DNA from: Paracoccaceae bacterium
GTDB taxonomy: Bacteria; Pseudomonadota; Alphaproteobacteria; Rhodobacterales; Rhodobacteraceae
Direction of reading: 5' to 3'
DNA: 59,639 nt
NCBI GenBank assembly: GCA_047639325.1
Contig: JBLINN010000001.1
Span: 1-59,639 of the forward strand
The notes beneath the pieces were generated by a model that worked only from the letters and a program-made list of their open reading frames with translations, made no database searches and had not been told where the DNA came from. Position numbers and translations under genes: made by a program. Of this stretch, positions 53,957 through 59,639 are shown in pieces. Each line of letters starts with the position of its first letter. The first letter of the stretch is position 1.

Positions 53957-56233
53957 TCAGGCGGTGAACCGTCTGCGGGCACGCCAGCCGATCAGCAGAA
54001 AAACCAAACCCGCCAGCAATCCCGCCACAACCGCTGTTGCGATGGTTTTTGTCGGGTTCTCCACCGGCTCCAGCAGGATCCAGTACCAGGCGGTAAAGCT
54101 TTGGCGCAGGCCGATCTCGCCATTCAGCCCATCCCAATTGGCGAAAGCGATGGGGGTATAGACCCCTTCGTCAAATTGCAGATCCTGCGGCGTGCCAGTG
54201 TCCAGCGCGCGGGTAAACACCACCTGCCAGCGGCCATCTTTCCAAGTGCCTGTGGCCCTTAAATCTGAGCTGTCGGCGCGCGGCGTAGGCGCCTTTTCCT
54301 GCCCCTTGGCATCACTGATCACCACGGTTGCGGGCAGTTCCGGATCCTGCGAGGGCGCCGTCCAGTGCCAGATATTCACCGAGTTCTTGCGATCACCCTG
54401 GCGGAAATAGGGTTTCTCGGCCGTGCCAGTCAGCGCCGCCGGTATCTGCACCGCAATCGCGTCGCGTGTGGCGGTGACATCGTCCAGCGCATATTGCTGT
54501 TCCAGCGCGGATCCCGGCACCGAATAGGTGCGGTCATCCACATCAACGCGCAGCGCGATATCATCGGCATTATACAGCGCCCGCACCGTCACCATCTCGT
54601 TCAGGGAAAAGAACAACCGCGGTTCCTTGATAACGTTGGGCGACAGGCGGAAGGTCATCGCCGGGGCACCATCCCAGGCAGGATCATCGCCATCGCTGGG
54701 CAGATCGCCATCGACACGCACCGCGCGGATCACGCTGTCGCCCTTGCTAAGCGGCGTCGCATTATTGCGCAGGGTCATCACGTAATTCGCCACCGCCCAG
54801 CGGTCTTCCAGGCTCATATTGGTTGAATGTTCCGGCATCGGCGTGCTGGGAATCCCCGCTGACAGGCGCTGAAACACGTCCTTAGCGTCCACCGACCAGC
54901 GCCAAGTTTCAGGCTGGGTCAGGTTGCGCGGCCAGATGCGGTTTTCCCAATCATCCGCCAGCCGCTTGCCCGACATGATGTTGCCGCGCCCTGCATTGCC
55001 GTGGCATTCGCGGCAGGCCTTTTCGAATTGCACCCGACCATTGGCCAGCGCCGCATCGGTCACTTCGGGCGGGGTGCCCAATTCAATCGCCGTCAGGCCC
55101 AGATCTTCGGCGGTTTCTTCCTCCCAATATCCGAAGGTTTTGATCTTATAGATCAGCGCATCAATTTCAGCGTCACTCAGGATGGTTTTCCAGCCTGGCA
55201 TCGCGGTGCCCGGCAGCCCTTCGCGGATGGTTTCGCGCAGGTCGGCATCAGTGGGGAATTCGCTGTCGGAATCGGTGGTCTTGTATTTGAACAAACCCAG
55301 GGTGAAATCACGCGGCGCCGGATACATCCGCTCTGCCGCAATCCCCAGCCCGTCGCCGTCATCGCCGTGGCATTGCGAACAGCGCTTTGTATAGATCGCA
55401 TCAACCGCGCCTTCGTCCAGCGCAGCGCCTTCGGCAGCGGTGTCAGAACCCTCTTCCGCCCCGCCGGTGCTTTCCTCCAGCTCCCACGATCGCGGCTCAA
55501 ACCCGGTATAGTCATATAGGAACGAGATGATTTTCCACACCTCATGCTCTTGCAGCATATCCTCCCACACCGGCATCGCCGACGCCCAAGGCGTACCTTC
55601 CACCGGCAGGCCCGGGCCGCCTTTGGTAATACGCCAGAACAGGAACGCCTCTTGCAGCTGGGCGATGGTGCCCACGTCTTGAAAGTTGATCGGGCGCGGG
55701 GTGAACGCCCCGGCGAAATGCCCGGCCCCGTCCAGCAGGTCGCCGTGGCAGTAAACGCAGTTCTCGTAATACAGCCCCGCCCCCTCGGCGACGATCTCGC
55801 GGTATTCGTCCGAGGCTTCGTCAAATTCCGCGCGGAACGGGTTTTCCAGCGTCAAAAGGTTAAAGGTCTTGCCATAGGCCTTCAGACTGGAGGGCGGCGC
55901 TGGGTGGACGGTGCGCAATTCAGCAGGCGACACAATCGACGGCTTGACGATATCATAGGTCAGCGCGCCCACGCCGGCGACCGTGGCCACAAGGGCAACC
56001 GCGCGCAAGACCTTGCGCTGGGGCGAGCCGAACAGCGACACCAGCGGTGCAAAGAACCGCCCAGCAGTGGCATTGTCAAAGGTTACCACCAGCAAAACGC
56101 CGACGGTGCAGATGATCATGTACTGGATCAGCAAGGACGCGGGCAAAGGCGGGTTCAGGATGTGGGCGAACACCGCGTAAAGACCACCAAGAACCACCAG
56201 GGCCAGCGTCAGGGGATGTTTCAGGAATGCCAT
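53957..56233 (-). CDS. Membrane-anchored trihaem cytochrome c fused to an EB_dh/DOMON-like haem-binding domain
   Basis: About three N-terminal TM helices. CVYCH, CSQCH, CRECH. The C-terminal part (DDPAWDGAPAMTF...GTWKDGRWQVVFTRALDTG...PIAFANWDG...) resembles ethylbenzene-dehydrogenase gamma-type domains. Final TM anchor. Confidence 0.75.
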   Translation of the reverse strand: MAFLKHPLTLALVVLGGLYAVFAHILNPPLPASLLIQYMIICTVGVLLVVTFDNATAGRFFAPLVSLFGSPQRKVLRAVALVATVAGVGALTYDIVKPSIVSPAELRTVHPAPPSSLKAYGKTFNLLTLENPFRAEFDEASDEYREIVAEGAGLYYENCVYCHGDLLDGAGHFAGAFTPRPINFQDVGTIAQLQEAFLFWRITKGGPGLPVEGTPWASAMPVWEDMLQEHEVWKIISFLYDYTGFEPRSWELEESTGGAEEGSDTAAEGAALDEGAVDAIYTKRCSQCHGDDGDGLGIAAERMYPAPRDFTLGLFKYKTTDSDSEFPTDADLRETIREGLPGTAMPGWKTILSDAEIDALIYKIKTFGYWEEETAEDLGLTAIELGTPPEVTDAALANGRVQFEKACRECHGNAGRGNIMSGKRLADDWENRIWPRNLTQPETWRWSVDAKDVFQRLSAGIPSTPMPEHSTNMSLEDRWAVANYVMTLRNNATPLSKGDSVIRAVRVDGDLPSDGDDPAWDGAPAMTFRLSPNVIKEPRLFFSLNEMVTVRALYNADDIALRVDVDDRTYSVPGSALEQQYALDDVTATRDAIAVQIPAALTGTAEKPYFRQGDRKNSVNIWHWTAPSQDPELPATVVISDAKGQEKAPTPRADSSDLRATGTWKDGRWQVVFTRALDTGTPQDLQFDEGVYTPIAFANWDGLNGEIGLRQSFTAWYWILLEPVENPTKTIATAVVAGLLAGLVFLLIGWRARRRFTA

Positions 56234-56242
56234 AATCGTCCC

Positions 56243-57379
56243 CTATTCCGGCAGGTTCATCAGATAGTCGAGCAGCAGGGTCATTTCGCCCTCGGTCATG
56301 TCATCACCAAAATAGTCGGGCATCAGGTCGGCCTCGTAACCGTCGGCGATCTCGGCATTCGGGTCGATGATCGACGCCTTCAACGCCTCGCGGTTCATGC
56401 GCGCGCCAATACCGTTCAGCTTTGGCCCCATGTCGGCCTCGCTGCCTTGCAGATCATGGCACCCGGCACAGCCGTATTCGTCGATTACCCCGGCGGCGTC
56501 GGTGATCGGACCGCTGTCTTCAGGTTCTTTGCTGGGGTCCGGTTCCGGCAGGGTCAGCAAGTGATCAACGATCAGCAGCAATTCACTGGCGTGCATGTCC
56601 CCACCAAAGCTGTCGGGCATCAGGCCTTCGTCATAGCCGGCCGCGATCTCGGCATTTGGGTCCAGAATCGCCCCCATCAATTCACTGCGGCTCATCCGGT
56701 TGGCAATGCCCCCCAAAGCCGGGCCAAGATCGGCGCCGCTGTCGTTCAGATCGTGACAGGCAGCACAGGAAAACTTGTCCAGTGCGGCGATCACGTCGGT
56801 TTCCGGGGCCTCGATCATGCCATCACCGATGGCCGGGGCCGTATCCACCGGCGTGTCTTCGGCCGAGGGCAGCGGCACGGTTGGCCCCATCCCGGCGCGG
56901 TCCTGCAAAAAGGCGATGACAGCGTTGATTTCAACGGCGCTCAGTTCAATTGGCGCCGCATCCACCACCGGCATCGGGCTTACGCTGTCATTGGTGCCCT
57001 TTTTGCCAAACCCGGCGACCACATAGGCTGATGGGGCCTGCATCGACTCGCGCAGATAACCCTCGACCGCTTTTGGCCCTTCGCCCCCCGCCGCAACGCC
57101 GGAATACCCCGCATCGGCCAGCCGTTCGGGGAAGGTCGCGGCCAGGTCCATTTCCAGCGTATCAGGTGCGCGGCCCATACCATTGTGACACAGCGTACAA
57201 GTCCCCTTGCCGGAAAACAGCCCCTCGCCCAGGGTGATCATGCCCGCCATGTCCAGCCCTTCGGTCGAGACTTCGATAGGTTCGGACAGGTCCGGTTCAA
57301 CCTGTGGCAGGATATGCGCAAAAACCGCGTAGAACCCCAGCAGGACAAGGCTGAAAGTGATGACGCGCAGGAAGGTCAT
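56243..57379 (-). CDS. Membrane-anchored trihaem cytochrome c
   Basis: N-terminal TM. CTLCH, CAACH, CAGCH. Haem domains 2 and 3 are obvious internal duplicates. Confidence 0.8.
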   Translation of the reverse strand: MTFLRVITFSLVLLGFYAVFAHILPQVEPDLSEPIEVSTEGLDMAGMITLGEGLFSGKGTCTLCHNGMGRAPDTLEMDLAATFPERLADAGYSGVAAGGEGPKAVEGYLRESMQAPSAYVVAGFGKKGTNDSVSPMPVVDAAPIELSAVEINAVIAFLQDRAGMGPTVPLPSAEDTPVDTAPAIGDGMIEAPETDVIAALDKFSCAACHDLNDSGADLGPALGGIANRMSRSELMGAILDPNAEIAAGYDEGLMPDSFGGDMHASELLLIVDHLLTLPEPDPSKEPEDSGPITDAAGVIDEYGCAGCHDLQGSEADMGPKLNGIGARMNREALKASIIDPNAEIADGYEADLMPDYFGDDMTEGEMTLLLDYLMNLPE

Positions 57380-59130
57380 GATGACAGCTCCGCACCTTCT
57401 TGCTTGGTCTGGCCGAGGCGCGACAGCCAGAACACAAACACCATCACCGCCATAAAGGCCAAGGTGATACCGGTGATCGTATTGCCCGCATCCCCCAGCG
57501 TGGGGATGTAATTCTCGGGCGAATTATCCTTCATCACCGTGTAGACATGCCAGTTGGTGCGCAGGGACGACCGGATATAACCCATCAGCCCCATCAGCCA
57601 GGTAAACGCCACCGGCAGCACAAACAGCGCATATTGCGACCGCTCGGTCATACGGCCCCAATGCACCTTTTCCGACGTGGCCCCGCGCAGCATGAACACG
57701 TCAATAATCACCGACCCGATGATGATGCTTAGCGTGGTGATCACCTGCGGCACCGAGGCGCCGACTTTGTAAACCGTGGGTGTGATATAGCCGTAAATCC
57801 CGGCGCCCACGATATTGGCGATGCCCACGACATACAGCGCCACAACCACCATATTGGCGGATTTGGCCCACGACACCACGGGGATACGGGACGACCGGTA
57901 GAACATCTGGAACGACAGGAAGGTGAACACCAGCATCAGGTTCACAGCGGTATTCTTGGCCGGCATAATCCCCAACGGCCCAAGGATTTTATGATGCGTG
58001 CCGCCCAGGTTCTGGATCTCGGCGGTGGTCAGGATCAGCGTATGCGGCGTGACCCACACCAGAAACCCGGCAACAATCACCACAGCGATATATTTGACGT
58101 ATTTGGCATATTGCGCCCCGCGATCCGTGCGCATCAGGCCGGACCACAGATAGTAATTCGCGGCCAGCATAATCGTCCCGATCAGCACCGCCTGAATGAT
58201 GAACAACCACGCCAGAATGCCCCCCATGGCGGTGATGCCCATCTGCTGGCTATAGGCGTAAATCTCGGCCATCAGCCAGTATCCGGCAAAGGGCAACGGC
58301 AGGAACCCCAGAATGGCGATAAAGTTGGACGTATAACCCATCCAATCGTAATGCGCCTTTTTCGCAGGGTCCTTTTCCGCCAGGAACATATAGGCGGCAT
58401 AGCCCCCCACAATGGCCCCGCCATAGGCGATATTGGCCAAGAACCGGTGCAGATTCAGCGGGTTCCACAGCGGGTTGCGCGTCGCCTCCCACACGGTGCC
58501 GGTGATCGCCCCGTCGGGGGCAATCCCCGAGGGCGACATCATGAAGCTGGTCCAGGCATTGGCCACAAACATCAACGTCAGGCCAACGGTATTAAGCACA
58601 AGGCCAATTGACATGTGGTAATATTTGCGATTGCCCCGCCGCAGCGCGTCCCACGAATAAAAGTAGATATACAGCGTGACGCTTTCCAGCCCGAACAGCG
58701 CCGCATAGATCAGCATCTGACCACGGAACACCTTGATCAGATAGCCCATCAGATGCGGGTAAAACACCAGCAGCGTCAGCAACAGTCCCCCGCCCACAAG
58801 CGCGGTTAGCGAATAGGCGGCCATGGTGATCTTCATGAACTCCCGCGCCATCGTGTCAAACCGGTCATCGCCGGTCACCACGCTGATGAATTCGGTGGAT
58901 ATGGCGAACAGCGGCACCGCCAGCACAAAGGCCGCCAGAAACAGATGCATCTGCGCCATCGACCAGGCCAGGGTGCGGGCCGAGATGCCAGCAATCACCG
59001 GATAATCCATCCGCGACGGCTTGGGCGCGCCTTCCAGCGCGACGGCAGCGTCAGACGACGCGGCGGCCAGATCGGGCAGAACAAGGCTGGCGAATGCGGC
59101 GGTGATGGCGATCAGATGCGCGGTTTTCAT
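57376..59130 (-). CDS. Cytochrome bd-like protein (CydA superfamily, no Q-loop, no CydB partner)
   Basis: CydA-like blocks: AQMHLFLAAF (His19-like), LFGLESVTLY (Glu-like), FVANAWTSFMMSPSG (compare ANGWMQNP), LHRFLANIAYGGAIVGGYAAYMFLAEKD (His186 region). About 14 hydrophobic helices. ATGA overlap with the next gene. Confidence 0.7.
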   Translation of the reverse strand: MKTAHLIAITAAFASLVLPDLAAASSDAAVALEGAPKPSRMDYPVIAGISARTLAWSMAQMHLFLAAFVLAVPLFAISTEFISVVTGDDRFDTMAREFMKITMAAYSLTALVGGGLLLTLLVFYPHLMGYLIKVFRGQMLIYAALFGLESVTLYIYFYSWDALRRGNRKYYHMSIGLVLNTVGLTLMFVANAWTSFMMSPSGIAPDGAITGTVWEATRNPLWNPLNLHRFLANIAYGGAIVGGYAAYMFLAEKDPAKKAHYDWMGYTSNFIAILGFLPLPFAGYWLMAEIYAYSQQMGITAMGGILAWLFIIQAVLIGTIMLAANYYLWSGLMRTDRGAQYAKYVKYIAVVIVAGFLVWVTPHTLILTTAEIQNLGGTHHKILGPLGIMPAKNTAVNLMLVFTFLSFQMFYRSSRIPVVSWAKSANMVVVALYVVGIANIVGAGIYGYITPTVYKVGASVPQVITTLSIIIGSVIIDVFMLRGATSEKVHWGRMTERSQYALFVLPVAFTWLMGLMGYIRSSLRTNWHVYTVMKDNSPENYIPTLGDAGNTITGITLAFMAVMVFVFWLSRLGQTKQEGAELSS

Positions 59131-59139
59131 GTCACGCCC

Positions 59140-59268
59140 CTATTGCGGCATCAGATCAGCGCCGACAGGCAGACCCTGCGCTTGCATGATCGACTTATCC
59201 ATTAAGTAGAAAAACGCCGCCCAAACGACCAACGCCCCCACAAAAACCACCAAACTGCGTCCTGTCAT
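59140..59268 (-). CDS. Possible 42-aa single-TM peptide
   Basis: MTGRSLVVFVGALVVWAAFFYLMDKSIMQAQGLPVGADLMPQ. Its stop is 9 nt before the bd-like ATG. Below the ORF-track cutoff. Confidence 0.3.
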   Translation of the reverse strand: MTGRSLVVFVGALVVWAAFFYLMDKSIMQAQGLPVGADLMPQ

Positions 59269-59288
59269 CCTGCCGTCCCAGCCAATTT

Positions 59289-59411
59289 CTAGTGAACCGA
59301 GATCACGCCGTGATCAAAGATCAGCAACCACCAGAAGAAATAAATCATCGCGACCGCAGTCGCGGCGAAGACCAGCTTGCCAAGGGTTGTGCTTTGTTTG
59401 CCATCTGCCAT
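59289..59411 (-). CDS. Possible 40-aa single-TM peptide, first gene of the island
   Basis: MADGKQSTTLGKLVFAATAVAMIYFFWWLLIFDHGVISVH, preceded by GAGGCAGGG. Below the ORF-track cutoff. Confidence 0.3.
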   Translation of the reverse strand: MADGKQSTTLGKLVFAATAVAMIYFFWWLLIFDHGVISVH

Positions 59412-59474
59412 TTCAGCCCTGCCTCGACATGCCGTTTCAGATCTGGAAACGATCACGTTCTGCAATTCATGTAA

Positions 59475-59488
59475 TTGACGGACGTCAA
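59475..59488 (-). promoter_or_regulatory. FNR/CRP-family box at the head of the island
   Basis: TTGACGGACGTCAA is a perfect TTGAC-N4-GTCAA palindrome, centred about 70 nt upstream of ATG 59411. Confidence 0.55.
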
Positions 59489-59531
59489 GTTTTTCGCCTG
59501 TGCCCCTTCCTGTGCCCCTTACGGTGGCGCG

Positions 59532-59639
59532 CTAAAACGCCACGCCACAGGCCTGAGAAATCTGCTGGCGAAGCCGGGCCATATAGGCATCCAATGCCTC
59601 GTCTTCTTGCTGGGGCACCAGAAAGATCAGCTTGGCGGC
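59532..59639 (-). CDS. 3' end of an unidentified CDS entering from the right edge
   Basis: Open minus-strand frame ...AAKLIFLVPQQEDEALDAYMARLRQQISQACGVAF ending at TAG 59532-59534. Not in the ORF track. Confidence 0.3.
   Translation of the reverse strand, partial: AAKLIFLVPQQEDEALDAYMARLRQQISQACGVAF

Noticed and set aside
57376-59130. Annotation as canonical cydA (cytochrome bd-I subunit I)
   Set aside because: There is no cydB or cydX downstream, no long Q-loop, extra helices, and coupling to c-type cytochromes. I called it bd-like only.
39766-59488. Calling the island a mobile genomic island
   Set aside because: No integrase, transposase, tRNA attachment site or flanking direct repeats are visible in the window. 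The right border is not contained in the window.
59493-59516. Tandem 12-bp direct repeat CCTGTGCCCCTT x2 upstream of the FNR-type box as a regulatory element
   Set aside because: There are only two copies, in a short intergenic tail next to the stop of the neighbouring gene. The evidence for a function is insufficient.

Overview
GC-rich alphaproteobacterial chromosome segment. I judge it Rhodobacteraceae (roseobacter-like) by eye, from a Hint-domain protein, a DUF1013 protein, the motB-flgE-flgK-flgL-flgI order and an orphan LuxI; this is not a database result. No transposase, integrase, tRNA, rRNA or CRISPR array was seen. Layout: (1) 0-20.5 kb holds mixed housekeeping and accessory genes: RNase T2, quinone oxidoreductase, COQ9-like, GMC oxidoreductase, Hint protein, Lrp-ald pair, sulfotransferases, a GT14 glycosyltransferase, MFS, mscS, GST and an operon of unknown function. 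It also contains three decayed genes: a truncated rpsU, a PPK2 relic and a frameshifted mscL. (2) 20.8-25.4 kb holds an orphan LuxI-type AHL synthase flanked by a response regulator and a polytopic histidine kinase, with no LuxR. (3) 25.5-30.5 kb holds an AlkJ/AlkK/AlkH-like trio for alcohol to aldehyde to acyl-CoA conversion. (4) 30.6-36.5 kb is a flagellar block, followed by an OmpR-type regulator and a hybrid kinase. (5) 39.77-59.5 kb is the main candidate for a new system. It is an uninterrupted, tightly coupled minus-strand island with three FNR-type boxes (TTGAC-N4-GTCAA). In transcription order it encodes two small membrane peptides, a CydA-only cytochrome-bd-like protein, two membrane-anchored trihaem cytochromes c (one with an EB_dh/DOMON-like domain), two di-haem peroxidases, a TAT-Rieske subunit and an AioA/IdrA-type molybdopterin subunit. 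These are followed by a HEAT-repeat protein, a cupredoxin-like protein, an FGE-like protein, a tandem-USP protein with three PCP_red-like repeats, a NirJ/Ahb-like radical-SAM/SPASM-PCP_red protein and a HemY-like oxidase. The peroxidase-peroxidase-Rieske-Mo core resembles the published iodate reductase idrABP1P2 set. I do not know any Aio or Idr system that carries the surrounding modules.
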